DNA from: a virus
Lineage: Duplodnaviria > Heunggongvirae > Uroviricota > Caudoviricetes
DNA: 64,000 bases
Direction: 5' to 3' (one strand)
IMG/VR virus record: IMGVR_UViG_2799112923_000001
A program made the position numbers and the translations under genes. Under the pieces are notes generated by a model that was given only the letters and a program-made list of their open reading frames with translations, was not told the origin of the DNA and searched no databases. The stretch's first letter is position 1, and each line of letters begins with the position of its first letter. This document shows positions 1 to 10,955 of the stretch, piece after piece.

Positions 1-375
1 TTGGGTGAATTGAAATCACCCAACCCATATTATGATTTGAATGGTGATAAACTGAGCGAACATATAGAAATTTATGGTGCCGACGCATTAGACCAAATGA
101 TTGAAGCAGTTCTTTGTACAGAACCATACGAAAGAATTTTTAATCTATCTTTTAGTTCACCATTATATAGAGTTCTGTTTGAAAATCATACACAGATTGA
201 TAGTTTAATCAATATGGTATTTGACCAGATTGAGTATTGGGTTCCAGTCTCAATTTATCGTGAAAATGCTGATGTTAGAACAAATCCTAGTGAACATTCA
301 GTACATTTTAAAATACCTTATGTTTCAAACGATGGAAAGATTACCCATATTTTTAATCGCATAATAAGCAAATAA
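1..375 (+). CDS. Baseplate wedge protein, gp25/GPW family (5' may be truncated)
   Basis: L.TEPYER.F...F.SPL..VLFE motif typical of gp25-like proteins; structural context. Confidence 0.75.
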   Translation: MGELKSPNPYYDLNGDKLSEHIEIYGADALDQMIEAVLCTEPYERIFNLSFSSPLYRVLFENHTQIDSLINMVFDQIEYWVPVSIYRENADVRTNPSEHSVHFKIPYVSNDGKITHIFNRIISK

Positions 376-395
376 CGATTTTTCATAAATAATAT

Positions 396-869
396 ATGAA
401 TATATCGTTTAGAGAATATGTGAAATTGAATATGGATAAAGCCTACAACCACCAAAAGGTTGAGGTTCCCGAAGTTAAAGTTAAGAAAATTGTTAAACCG
501 ATAGCAACAGCACCGGTTAAAGAAAAAGATGCTTACGATTATTTAAAAGAAATCAATCCACAAGTTTGGACTGCTAAAATCGTACAAAATAACAAGTATC
601 TTTTTTATAATGAACACTATCTTGATATATCCAAATTAGCAACTGAATTAAAAACATTGTACACCAATAATGGGTATCGCAACTATGGTTTCTCTAAATT
701 AACAGAAAGTGATTTAATTCGTTACACCACTGTAAGAGAAATTTTAGCAAAAGAATTTAATAACCCAACAAGTGAAACGGAATTAAATCCCGCAGATGTT
801 GCCCAAACTCTTTATAATAATGAATTGAAAGACTTTGAATGGCAACCACAACCTCTAAATCTTAAATAG
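396..869 (+). CDS. Hypothetical protein
   Basis: 157-aa ORF after late-promoter-like ATAAATA; no clear family. Confidence 0.6.
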   Translation: MNISFREYVKLNMDKAYNHQKVEVPEVKVKKIVKPIATAPVKEKDAYDYLKEINPQVWTAKIVQNNKYLFYNEHYLDISKLATELKTLYTNNGYRNYGFSKLTESDLIRYTTVREILAKEFNNPTSETELNPADVAQTLYNNELKDFEWQPQPLNLK

Positions 870-877
870 GTGATACA

Positions 878-1294
878 ATGAATACAATGACAAATAATTT
901 GTTAGAGGTTAAATTATTAGTAGAACCTTCTATAATTGAAGAAACTCTAACAAGAATGGGAATTCCCGATACAAAGAATAAGATTTTATATCAGTCATGC
1001 CATTTGTTAAAACATTTTGGTAGTTATTACATAGGTCATTTCAAACAATTATTCGTTTTAGGCCGCGGAAAAGATGGTTTTCCAGGTTTCGGTAATGTTA
1101 GTATGGAAGATATAGAACGCAGAAATTCTATTGCGTTTTGCCTTCAAAAATGGAATATGATTGAAATTATTGACCCAGCACAAATAGAAGAACATAATGT
1201 AAGAATTTTTGTTTTGCCACACAAAGAAAAACATAACTGGCAATTAATCAAGAAGTTCAATGTTAAAAATTTGGAGGGTGTTAGTAATGGATAA
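878..1294 (+). CDS. regA: RegA translational repressor
   Basis: ETLTRMGI...LYQSCHLL...YYIGHFKQLF...RRNSIA..LQKW..KEK.NWQL matches T4 RegA family motifs. Confidence 0.95.
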   Translation: MNTMTNNLLEVKLLVEPSIIEETLTRMGIPDTKNKILYQSCHLLKHFGSYYIGHFKQLFVLGRGKDGFPGFGNVSMEDIERRNSIAFCLQKWNMIEIIDPAQIEEHNVRIFVLPHKEKHNWQLIKKFNVKNLEGVSNG

Positions 1295-1694
1295 ATATAA
1301 TATGACATACGATAGCGGATATGCTAATGAAAGTCTTTATAACAAAACAGAAGGAGAAAACAATATGAATCTTGAAGAAGCAATAGAATTCCTAAACAAT
1401 CAGGGATATTATCTAAAAGAAACCCATGCGGAAGATGATGAATTAGATTATCTTTGCGATATAGTTTATAATGATATTTCAAAAGAACTTACTGGTGGAA
1501 CGATAGATATGAATTGGAAGAATGGGACTGCTTGTAAGCGAGGTATTCTTTATACACAATACACCAGTCTTGATGGTGAAACATCAGATATACAAGTATC
1601 TTTTAATGATAATCATGTGAAATTTATTACCATTGATGGGCAAGATATGACTGATGAAGAATTCATTGAAATGGCTAATAGTGGTGAAATTTAA
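1287..1694 (+). CDS. Hypothetical acidic protein
   Basis: ORF overlapping regA stop, GGAGG upstream. Confidence 0.6.
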   Translation: MDKYNMTYDSGYANESLYNKTEGENNMNLEEAIEFLNNQGYYLKETHAEDDELDYLCDIVYNDISKELTGGTIDMNWKNGTACKRGILYTQYTSLDGETSDIQVSFNDNHVKFITIDGQDMTDEEFIEMANSGEI

Positions 1695-1714
1695 CACTCT
1701 TTTCATATAATTTC

Positions 1715-1744
1715 AAAAAGGCGGCCTGTTTGGGTCGCTTTTTT
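1715..1744 (+). terminator. Intrinsic terminator
   Basis: AAAAAGGCGGCC-TGTTT-GGGTCGCTTTTTT hairpin plus T run. Confidence 0.75.
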
Positions 1745-1749
1745 GCGTA

Positions 1750-1757
1750 TATAAATA
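1750..1757 (+). promoter_or_regulatory. T4-type late promoter TATAAATA (similar sites near 385, 5113, 7866, 10945, 20454, 49763)
   Basis: TATAAATA/nATAAATA just upstream of structural gene starts; gp55-like gene present. Confidence 0.7.
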
Positions 1758-1779
1758 TAGAAAGAAGTAGAATTGTATT

Positions 1780-2574
1780 ATGTTAAGTTATCAAGAAATT
1801 TTTAATATCCAAAGAACAACCCTACCATTATCCAAGAAAGAATTGGAAAATGTACTTACTAAGTCTGTTTTCACAGGCTATGTTCAATGTTCATATAGTG
1901 TTTTGGTTCAAACCCTTAAAGAACTAGCAACTGCTGAAAGTTGTAAATGTACTATTAACCCAGATGTTATGTACCAAAATACCAACAATCCATTCTTAAA
2001 AGCAGATTGTATTATTCAGGTTGAAGGTACAAGATACTATGAAGAATTTATTAACAGAGTGATTTCTAACGAAGATAGTAAAGAATGGACTGATTTCGTC
2101 ACTTATTCCGAAACATTCAAAGACGAACTTCGTGTTCTCAAATGCCAAATTATCGCAAAATATCTTTGGAATCACATGAACTTAAATAACTGGTATGAAG
2201 AAAAGAATGTATCTTTGTTGGGTGATACAAAGGCTATGATGGAATCCGATTGGGAAACATTCAAGAATAAGGTATTACTCACACCAGATTTGTATGGATT
2301 TATAGATTCTTGTAACCAGGCAGATTTACAGAAAGCCACAAAAGCATTGAGCCAAAATCTATGTGCTAAGTTGGTTAAATATAAACCTGAATTGATGAAA
2401 CATATTACAAACAATAGTAAACGAGAAGAAGTTATAACAGTTAAAAATCCAATTATCAAACATATTTTCATTGTTTCAAACTATGCTAAACAATGTGAAA
2501 AAGATTGGCCTGTTATTAAGTTTACTACATTGGATAGAAGAAGTTTTGAAAATCTCAGTATGTGGGAAGAATAA
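1780..2574 (+). CDS. Hypothetical late protein
   Basis: 264-aa ORF, TAATG overlap with next gene. Confidence 0.7.
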   Translation: MLSYQEIFNIQRTTLPLSKKELENVLTKSVFTGYVQCSYSVLVQTLKELATAESCKCTINPDVMYQNTNNPFLKADCIIQVEGTRYYEEFINRVISNEDSKEWTDFVTYSETFKDELRVLKCQIIAKYLWNHMNLNNWYEEKNVSLLGDTKAMMESDWETFKNKVLLTPDLYGFIDSCNQADLQKATKALSQNLCAKLVKYKPELMKHITNNSKREEVITVKNPIIKHIFIVSNYAKQCEKDWPVIKFTTLDRRSFENLSMWEE

Positions 2575-5117
2575 TGTTAAAACATAGTGAAACCATAATA
2601 AATTCTAATGTTAGACGCCAAGATGCTACCTGGGATTATCGTTGGGAATACAATAACAGTGATAATCCAAATACCATATTTGAAAAGCCAGATATGCAGC
2701 AAGAAGGTCAGTTTGGTAATGAAACTTGGTATTTTTGTGGTGATGCTAGTGAGTTAAGACAATACGATAGTTCTACCTGGGACCCTAATCATCCTGTATT
2801 TGAGTATGATAGTGCTAATCCTGAATCCTGGGATGAATCACACCCATATAACCCAACCCGTTATTTAAGCCCTGGTGATAGTAAATTTATTCGTATCACC
2901 AATTCTGTACAAAATGTTACTATTGACCCTATTCCACCTGAATTCGTCACAGATTATGGTACCGAATACTTAACATTGGAATCTAAACTTGATGGTAGAA
3001 GTTGGGTGGATAAAAGCACACCTGAAAGAATTAAATATAAATTCTCACAAGCAACAAGAGAAATCGTTTTAGAGTTCAAAGACGAAATTGGTTTGGACTA
3101 TAAACAGGTCGCATTGTATACTGGTGATGAAGAAATTGATTGGGGTAATGTAAAAGAATTAACTGATAACATAATTTATTACTATGATAGAACATTAGAT
3201 AAATCTTTACAACAGAAATATGTAGAACACATGTCCTTCAATTCTACTAAGGATGGTCAGTATAGAGTTGCTTTCTCATTGAATGAACAATGGGCTAAAA
3301 TCAAAAAATACACTGATAACAAAGTATTTTACGATGAAGAAAAACTTGAAACATACATTAACGATGTAGGTTCAATTTATAATGTAGAATACAAGAAAGG
3401 TGGTGAAGATATAAGTAGACCCAAATATGGTAAAGCCAAACTAAATCTAATCGTTTGGGATTTAGCAGGCAACTACTCAATTTACCATATCGTTAGACCA
3501 TTCAATACATTAAAACTTGAAGATTTAAATAATCTCGTCCCAGTAGATATTTTGTTCAAAGATATAGAACCAAAGAACTACTATTTGGAAGATGGTATTG
3601 AAGGCAAGATTATTACTGATGTTTATGACCCAAACGATATTCTATGGGAATATGAAAATGTTGCTAAACTAATGGAAGGTTCCATTGGTGTAATTGATAA
3701 AGGTTCTTACGAAGCAGGTGATAACAGAAAAAAACCATTAACAGGTGTTCGTGAATTTATTATCACTCACCTTACAGAAAGTGGTAATGTAGAAGTTGAA
3801 GCCTGGGTTGAAACTGGCTTCCCTGAAATTGATGAACTAATTAAAGAACGAACATATAATACCGCTATATGTGGTCCTTGGGTTTATGGAGCAGAAGGTA
3901 GAAGATACCATATCACTCCTTATGTTCCTAAGTATCTACACGGTACTGAGTTCGCAGACTTTATGGAATTTTTCCAGTTGTACATTAACACAATGTACCA
4001 GGGAATGGAAAGTAAAAAGAACATTTCAGCACTAGAAAAGATTGCTAGAATTGGTAACTTCAATGATATTGCTAGATTGGAAGATTCATTAGTTTATCAC
4101 TATGCTAAACAGTTCGGAAATGAATTTGATTTTGATGTTGATTCATTACAGAATGTGAACTTGATATTTGATGGTATGGGTTTCACCACAAGAGATATGA
4201 AAGAAACCTTTGATATTATCAAATATGTTTTGGAAGAATTACCAGCATATAACCGCTATAAGGGTACTAACACTGGTATTACTATGGCTATTAGAATGTT
4301 TGGTTTCGCATGCCAAATTATAAATGTATGGGTTCGTAGAGATATTGAAGTAGAAAAAGACCCTAACTTTATTGAAGAGGATAGATTATACTCATACGAA
4401 GAATACTTTATGACCTCTCGTTTTGATTTGGAATTGAAAGCCGATAACAATAAATTCAAAACATTCTGTGAAAACATTGATATGTTTATAGATTTAATCA
4501 AATCCATTAAGCCTATTACAAAGATTTTGAATTTGATTAAATACACAATTATACATGAACTTAATGTAAATCTTGTGTATGATATTGACGAAATAGAAGA
4601 TACTAATAATCCTGTGAAAGAATACTCCTTCAAATGGTATTTTGATAATGAACACGAAAAGAGTATAAAGAACATTAAGAAACTATGCTCAATGGATTAT
4701 AGTACTGGTACTGTAGATTTATTCTGTTTAAATTATAGACCAGATGTAGTTTCACCACAAGCAACTACACCACCAATGGTTTATAATGTAATTGGTAAGT
4801 TCTTGAAATCAAAATTTGAAGAAATCATTTTGACTGTAGAAGCAACTAAAACAGAAAAGGCTATTGAAGATAATGTAGATATAGAAGTTCCATCAACTAC
4901 AACATATAATTTGAATAGAGCAGGGTTGACTCCAATCTTAAATGCTGGTTCATTCTTCTTATATCTAACTGATGCTTCTAATGGAACACACGGCTATAAT
5001 ATGATTCATAAATTCTTTGACTATAAAAATCTTGAACTTGGTTATTTGAAAATCACTATTTCTATGAGATTTAAAATTCAAAACGGCACAGATTATGCTG
5101 TCGCATTAACACCATAA
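2574..5117 (+). CDS. Large baseplate wedge-like protein
   Basis: C-terminal half with ...YNRYKGT..GI..AIRMFGF...IKPI pattern seen in baseplate wedge (gpI/gp7-like) proteins; context. Confidence 0.55.
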   Translation: MLKHSETIINSNVRRQDATWDYRWEYNNSDNPNTIFEKPDMQQEGQFGNETWYFCGDASELRQYDSSTWDPNHPVFEYDSANPESWDESHPYNPTRYLSPGDSKFIRITNSVQNVTIDPIPPEFVTDYGTEYLTLESKLDGRSWVDKSTPERIKYKFSQATREIVLEFKDEIGLDYKQVALYTGDEEIDWGNVKELTDNIIYYYDRTLDKSLQQKYVEHMSFNSTKDGQYRVAFSLNEQWAKIKKYTDNKVFYDEEKLETYINDVGSIYNVEYKKGGEDISRPKYGKAKLNLIVWDLAGNYSIYHIVRPFNTLKLEDLNNLVPVDILFKDIEPKNYYLEDGIEGKIITDVYDPNDILWEYENVAKLMEGSIGVIDKGSYEAGDNRKKPLTGVREFIITHLTESGNVEVEAWVETGFPEIDELIKERTYNTAICGPWVYGAEGRRYHITPYVPKYLHGTEFADFMEFFQLYINTMYQGMESKKNISALEKIARIGNFNDIARLEDSLVYHYAKQFGNEFDFDVDSLQNVNLIFDGMGFTTRDMKETFDIIKYVLEELPAYNRYKGTNTGITMAIRMFGFACQIINVWVRRDIEVEKDPNFIEEDRLYSYEEYFMTSRFDLELKADNNKFKTFCENIDMFIDLIKSIKPITKILNLIKYTIIHELNVNLVYDIDEIEDTNNPVKEYSFKWYFDNEHEKSIKNIKKLCSMDYSTGTVDLFCLNYRPDVVSPQATTPPMVYNVIGKFLKSKFEEIILTVEATKTEKAIEDNVDIEVPSTTTYNLNRAGLTPILNAGSFFLYLTDASNGTHGYNMIHKFFDYKNLELGYLKITISMRFKIQNGTDYAVALTP

Positions 5118-5125
5118 ATAGTAAT

Positions 5126-5893
5126 ATGAATAGTAGTGTTTTTTATAAAGATGTAGTATGCGTTATAACCAACGAAGGAAAATCATTATTTGTTAAACAA
5201 TCTAATGGTATCAAATTCGCAAAGGTTGGAGCAGTCTTATTCTCTGATAAAAACAAATCTATCAAAAATGCTTATGAATTAGATGGTGATAAACATTTGT
5301 TGTTAAAGAACATTTCTTTAAAACAGTTAAAGAATTATACAACACTCGTTTATAAGAACATTACATATACACAAGAAGGGAATGTATTCATTCCTGAAAA
5401 CATGACCGACTATAATAATGCGTTATCTAATCCTGAAAATTTACTACCAATACAACTTGCTTATGGTAAAAAAGAAATTGGTATAGACGAAGATGAAGAA
5501 CCTATTTATCAAAAATTTATGTCTTATGACTTGGTTCTTAAAACCAATACCCTTTCTGTTCAAAGAACATCCGATATGAATTTTGATGGTTTCGCTATAT
5601 TGGGTTTACCATTCAAACCATTGGATGTTGAACAAAATTTACCAATTATAGTTGACCAGGATTACTGCACATTAGCATTGGTTTATTTCCCAAAAGATAC
5701 TGAGAAATTCCAGGTATTATATAACCAACCTAGTACTGTTGCTATGAACTACGAAATACATGTTATGATGGATAATCCAATACTTTTAGATGGATTGAGT
5801 TATACAACAACAAAAGGATTAGAACCAAAAAACCCAAAAAGATTTTTATATGGAATACATTTAACTAATGATGGCTTACATAATAAAGGATAA
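5126..5893 (+). CDS. Virion structural protein (tail/baseplate)
   Basis: N-terminal ITNEGK..F.....GIKFA motif paralogous to 7878 ORF start; tail-fibre-like N-terminus. Confidence 0.5.
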   Translation: MNSSVFYKDVVCVITNEGKSLFVKQSNGIKFAKVGAVLFSDKNKSIKNAYELDGDKHLLLKNISLKQLKNYTTLVYKNITYTQEGNVFIPENMTDYNNALSNPENLLPIQLAYGKKEIGIDEDEEPIYQKFMSYDLVLKTNTLSVQRTSDMNFDGFAILGLPFKPLDVEQNLPIIVDQDYCTLALVYFPKDTEKFQVLYNQPSTVAMNYEIHVMMDNPILLDGLSYTTTKGLEPKNPKRFLYGIHLTNDGLHNKG

Positions 5894-5899
5894 TGAAGA

Positions 5900-7867
5900 A
5901 TGAAAAACATTGGAACTGTCAATGATATATTAATGTCTGATGGAATTAAGAATGTAGATTCTATCGCCAAGTTGAACATTATGACCGAAGCCAATAATGA
6001 CTTTGATAAGAATGTTCCACAAATTATGTTATCACAAACCACTACTGGTACTGTGAAGACTTGGAATGGTGATAGATTAACCATTAATTATGCCAGTGGT
6101 AATAATGCTGGGTATTTCGGTATTTCCGAAATTACTGGTTCATATAGAAAAAGATTGAATTTTGAAATCCTAGGTGCTAACAATGTATTCCATACTTCTG
6201 TTGGCGGAACCTATGGAAACTCCTTCATTTATGCCCAAGGCAACAAATTATCCAAGAATACTCACGATTGTAATTTCATTCATTCCGATTACAACACATT
6301 CAATACTTCTGCCGCAAATTCATTCAATTTTATCCATTCTCATAACAACACTTTTAAAGCTGGTAGTTATGATAATGTTTATGCATCAGCCAATAACATT
6401 TCTTTATACAACTCTAACGATAACACATTCAATCCACTTCCAGCCACATATACTGTAGTTTCTACAAAGGGTTCTACAAAAGGCCAAACAGAAAGATTTG
6501 GTGTTAAAGGTTGTTTCTTACGCAACCAAACCTTGATTGGTTCTAACTTTAACTACATCAAAGGTAGAGTGGTTGCTAATGGAACTACAAATGTACCTAA
6601 CACTACTTTCATTAACTCTAACAGTGGTTTGTATGATTTCAATGAACACCACGGTTCATTAACATTCATTGGTAATACATTTGGTTATTACAACAATGTA
6701 AGTGGTGGTAATGTAATTGGTATTGGTGAAGGTCTTATTCAGGATGGTGGTAGTTCCGATAAGATTTTGTTAGGTTTCTATAACCAAAACACAACTGACC
6801 CTAACGAAGTATTGGTTGTTGGTGATGGTAGATTGAATCGTAGTTATGTTAAGGGATTAACAAAAAACTATGGTGATGATTGGAACACCAAGCATGGTGC
6901 TTGGAACAAGATTATGGGTAGCATTAGTGGTACAGGTTCTACTGCTTATAATGATACACACTATCGTCACAATATCTTTACTGTTAATAAGCAAGGATAT
7001 GTAACAATTTCCGATTACCAAGTACCAAGTAATTCTGCTCGTTATGGTTATAAGGGTATCACTGCTTATGTAGATGGTGCTGTATATGATATTCCATTCG
7101 CCAAAGTCTATAACAAGATTAACGGCAACGATGCAGTTGATATTATGCAGGAAACTATTGATTCTTACACACATACTATTCAAACAAGAATTGATAGTAT
7201 GCCAACTACTAAATTTGAAACATTCACAGACCCAAAGAGTATTGTAAACACAACTATTCAAACATCTGGTTATTTGAATTTGGATAAACCAAGTAATAAC
7301 GCAGCTTTGAAAATTATTAAAGATATTGATACCTACACAAATAATTCTATAATTGGTGTATCATATCAGCCTGATACTATTGGTAATAGTAAGAGAAGAA
7401 TACCTGCAAAGATTGTATGGTCTTACTATCCACCTGTAGAAAATGGTAAGAGTAATAAGGTTACACTATCTACTTTGATTTACCCATATTGTACTAAACA
7501 ATTTATCTTGCGTAAACCTTATTATCCTTCTACTGATAAACAACAAAAACCATTCAGTGGTATTACATTGGTAGAAAGTGACGATTCAACAAAGAATATC
7601 AATTACGAAAGCGTTACACCAGTTACAGATGCATTGAAGTATTATTTGACTATAAACGATAACAATACTGTTAGATATTATAATGGTTCTACTGCTTCAT
7701 ACCAAACAAATAATTGGATTACAATTCCTGAAAACGAAGATGTTTCTACCTATGCATCATTTACTGCTAAATGGACTACCGCTTCATTAGATACTATGAA
7801 TACTATCAATGATTCTATTAGTGCTGAACGTGGTGATTACGCAGATGTAAACTATTATTATGTGTGA
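5900..7867 (+). CDS. Tail fibre/spike-like protein
   Basis: N/G/S/T-rich beta-repeat segments (FIHSDYNTF..), VLVVGDG...RHNIFTV motif. Confidence 0.55.
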   Translation: MKNIGTVNDILMSDGIKNVDSIAKLNIMTEANNDFDKNVPQIMLSQTTTGTVKTWNGDRLTINYASGNNAGYFGISEITGSYRKRLNFEILGANNVFHTSVGGTYGNSFIYAQGNKLSKNTHDCNFIHSDYNTFNTSAANSFNFIHSHNNTFKAGSYDNVYASANNISLYNSNDNTFNPLPATYTVVSTKGSTKGQTERFGVKGCFLRNQTLIGSNFNYIKGRVVANGTTNVPNTTFINSNSGLYDFNEHHGSLTFIGNTFGYYNNVSGGNVIGIGEGLIQDGGSSDKILLGFYNQNTTDPNEVLVVGDGRLNRSYVKGLTKNYGDDWNTKHGAWNKIMGSISGTGSTAYNDTHYRHNIFTVNKQGYVTISDYQVPSNSARYGYKGITAYVDGAVYDIPFAKVYNKINGNDAVDIMQETIDSYTHTIQTRIDSMPTTKFETFTDPKSIVNTTIQTSGYLNLDKPSNNAALKIIKDIDTYTNNSIIGVSYQPDTIGNSKRRIPAKIVWSYYPPVENGKSNKVTLSTLIYPYCTKQFILRKPYYPSTDKQQKPFSGITLVESDDSTKNINYESVTPVTDALKYYLTINDNNTVRYYNGSTASYQTNNWITIPENEDVSTYASFTAKWTTASLDTMNTINDSISAERGDYADVNYYYV

Positions 7868-7877
7868 TAAATAGTGT

Positions 7878-10800
7878 ATGGAAATAAAATTTACAAATAA
7901 ATGTAAAGATAAAATCATTCATGCGAAAGATGGTATCAAATTCGCATTGAAAGGCTATGCTTTCTATTCTGATGAATTACCAGATACAGTAGAAAGTGAA
8001 GAACTAGAAATTAAAGATTTAGATAGAGAATATCTTGTATTGAATGAATACAAGATTACTGACGAAGAATACGAAATTAAAGATTGTCTTTTTGATTTAA
8101 CATACATTCCATCATTAGAAGGAACTGTAGTCCAAACAAACGAAGATGAAAGTGAAGAACTCGTTTGTAAATTTGGAACATACGAAATTCCTATTAACAA
8201 AGGTTTATTCAAAACAGAACCAGACCAAATAAGATATATTCTTTTATTTGGTGAAGAATTAAGTGAAACCAATAGAACAGTTTCCGATAGAAAAAAGACC
8301 TATTTAGCTGGTCTAATTGAAGTCAATTATACAGATTTCACAAATCCAAAGAAAGTAATTTTCCAGCTTTCTCTATCAGATATTAGTGAAGTACCATCTA
8401 ATGCTCAAATTGTAATTGACGATAATTTTGATTCAATTACAGAAAACGAATCCTTGAAGAATATAAATCTTCTTGAATTTGAAGATAACTTTACATTAAC
8501 ACCAAATGAAAACAACAATGATTATAGTGATGATGTTGGTTATATCAATGGTGGTGCAGCTAACACTAAATTCTTCCCTGGCAACATTACATTATACGAT
8601 GAAACCGAAAAGATTAACAACCCTTGGAATACTTCGCCAAGAGTTTATGTTGGTTTGAAGAAACCAAACGATATATCTTTGCCACATGCTCAGTTGTTGA
8701 ATACAGATAACAATGAATTGAATTCATTGACTTTCCAGTTCAATCCTGAACGCGGTTATGTTGCTATTAACCAGGATGATGGTAATGATAACATTCAAGC
8801 AGATATTTTCCCTGAAGATGTAGATTTGGAAAACACTATCTGTTTGAAAGATAGAATTAAAAAGAGTAATTCCACATTTAATTATGCGGATGTTTCTGCT
8901 GCTAAATCTTATTTTAGATTTGATTCCAATGGTTCTTATTATGGTGATGGAGCATACCATATATTTGAAAGTGATTGCCGTGGAAACCAAATTCCTGATT
9001 TGTATTTACCAGCAAGAAACCTTACATTCTTATATTCCGATTATAACACATTCAATGGTGAAAACATAAATGCTCTCACTATGGATTCCGATTATAACAA
9101 TATCGGTCATGGTTTGAATGAATTAACTTTATTGAATACCCATAATTCTACTATCACAAACGATTCTAGAAGTTATGAAGAAGGTGAAGAACTTGGTGTT
9201 TCTAATGTTTATTTGAATAAGAATGTTATTATTGCTGCTACAGGATTAAATTCTTATATCAATGTTCCAGTTACAAGTAATAACATCACATTTATTGGTA
9301 AGAACAACAATACTACCTATGTTCCATATACAAAGAGTGAAGTTCTTGATTTTGATACTATCAAGACTATTAAAGGAACATTCAAGAGATATTATGGTGG
9401 TGAACATTCCGACTACGATTATATCAATGATACTGTAAATGTAGATTTGAAACATTCTTATGAGTTCAGTGCCCAAGATATTGAAAACCAAGCATTGATT
9501 GGTTTTGATGGATTAACAGTTAATAAAATTCCAAATAATGAGTATTTCTATTCTAATAGATATCAGATTGGTTATTCTAAGGAATTGAACCAATATGATT
9601 ACTATTACTATGGTGACGAAACCAAACAACCAAACAGAAACTTCTCTGTTGTATTTGGTTCATATAATGCTAACGATAATTTGGATGCTATTAGTGCTAT
9701 TAATGGTTTGAAAGTATCTACTGTATTTGGATTGAAAGGCAAATATAGTGATTTGGAAAATTCATCATTTTCTTCTTACTATAATAATGAGTTCACATAT
9801 AGTACTGACCCAACACTTTCAGGTGAAGTTTCTGCTATTACAGAAATCCATAAATTGTATTTCAAACATACACAAGATAGCACATATACCGATTCCGCTA
9901 TTTCAGCTCAATGGGATTCATTAACTGCTGATGAAGGTGATTATGGTTTGAATAGAATTGTTGTAGTTGGTAATGGTACACAACATACTGATATCAATGT
10001 TATCGGTCATTCACCAGCAGAATTTGCTTCTAAATCCACATTGTATAGTGATAATACTAGAAGAAGTAATTTGTTCTCTATTGAAAAGAACTCCTTACAA
10101 TTAGTTCACAATGGAGCATTTGACGAAAACCCACACTATTCTGCTACTAATGTTGTAAACATTCCTTCTATGTTTGCAGTTCGTGGTTCAGACCCAATTT
10201 CTCAAACATATACTTACCATTTCATTAGTGGTACAAATACTGAAGATAATTCTGTATTCATTAACAAAGAATTATACGAGAGTGTAAACCAATATAACTT
10301 ACACCATTCTGTTTATACACCAACTGGTATCTTTATTCCATTACACAGAAGTTCTAATGATTTGTATAAAATGAATTTCTCTAATGTTAAAGGTTTGATT
10401 AACGATAACATTATTAAGGGTAATAAAGATGTTTCTTACGATGCGTTAAGAAATATGATTAACTTTAAACAATACACATTCGTCCTTCCTACAAGTGGTC
10501 TAACATTTAGATATGCTAATGGTACATTAGCCAAGGGTAAAGGGAAGGGTAAAGGTATTAATTCTAGTAAGGGTAAGGGCAAGGGAAAAGGAACTGGTAA
10601 GGGAACTGGTATCACATACACATACGAAACATTAACCAATTTCAATATGAAGAACTTGGTTGACTGGTATGCCCAAAACCAAAATACATATATTCCAATG
10701 TCTAACCAATACGGTAGTGATACACACTTGTACACATTCTATATCATTAACAACAACCCATACAAAGGATTGAAAATGAAAGGATTTAGAATGAACAAGA

Positions 10801-10952
10801 GTGGTAATTCTATGCAAACCTTGTATAAATCAAAATACATCGCTAAGGGTCATTGTTTGCGTGTAGATTATATGGATTGCGGTGCCAAGGGTAAATATGG
10901 TGTAATGAACTTTGATTATTGGAACCAGCGTTCAAATTCATTCTATAAATAA
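7878..10952 (+). CDS. Large tail fibre-like protein with GK repeat
   Basis: 1024 aa; paralogous motifs to the two upstream ORFs (GIKFA, SDYNTF, IVVVGNG..RSNLFSI). Confidence 0.55.
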   Translation: MEIKFTNKCKDKIIHAKDGIKFALKGYAFYSDELPDTVESEELEIKDLDREYLVLNEYKITDEEYEIKDCLFDLTYIPSLEGTVVQTNEDESEELVCKFGTYEIPINKGLFKTEPDQIRYILLFGEELSETNRTVSDRKKTYLAGLIEVNYTDFTNPKKVIFQLSLSDISEVPSNAQIVIDDNFDSITENESLKNINLLEFEDNFTLTPNENNNDYSDDVGYINGGAANTKFFPGNITLYDETEKINNPWNTSPRVYVGLKKPNDISLPHAQLLNTDNNELNSLTFQFNPERGYVAINQDDGNDNIQADIFPEDVDLENTICLKDRIKKSNSTFNYADVSAAKSYFRFDSNGSYYGDGAYHIFESDCRGNQIPDLYLPARNLTFLYSDYNTFNGENINALTMDSDYNNIGHGLNELTLLNTHNSTITNDSRSYEEGEELGVSNVYLNKNVIIAATGLNSYINVPVTSNNITFIGKNNNTTYVPYTKSEVLDFDTIKTIKGTFKRYYGGEHSDYDYINDTVNVDLKHSYEFSAQDIENQALIGFDGLTVNKIPNNEYFYSNRYQIGYSKELNQYDYYYYGDETKQPNRNFSVVFGSYNANDNLDAISAINGLKVSTVFGLKGKYSDLENSSFSSYYNNEFTYSTDPTLSGEVSAITEIHKLYFKHTQDSTYTDSAISAQWDSLTADEGDYGLNRIVVVGNGTQHTDINVIGHSPAEFASKSTLYSDNTRRSNLFSIEKNSLQLVHNGAFDENPHYSATNVVNIPSMFAVRGSDPISQTYTYHFISGTNTEDNSVFINKELYESVNQYNLHHSVYTPTGIFIPLHRSSNDLYKMNFSNVKGLINDNIIKGNKDVSYDALRNMINFKQYTFVLPTSGLTFRYANGTLAKGKGKGKGINSSKGKGKGKGTGKGTGITYTYETLTNFNMKNLVDWYAQNQNTYIPMSNQYGSDTHLYTFYIINNNPYKGLKMKGFRMNKSGNSMQTLYKSKYIAKGHCLRVDYMDCGAKGKYGVMNFDYWNQRSNSFYK

Positions 10953-10955
10953 TGT

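Noticed and set aside
396-869. gp62 clamp-loader subunit, by position before regA
   Set aside because: Diagnostic gp62 motifs not recognisable
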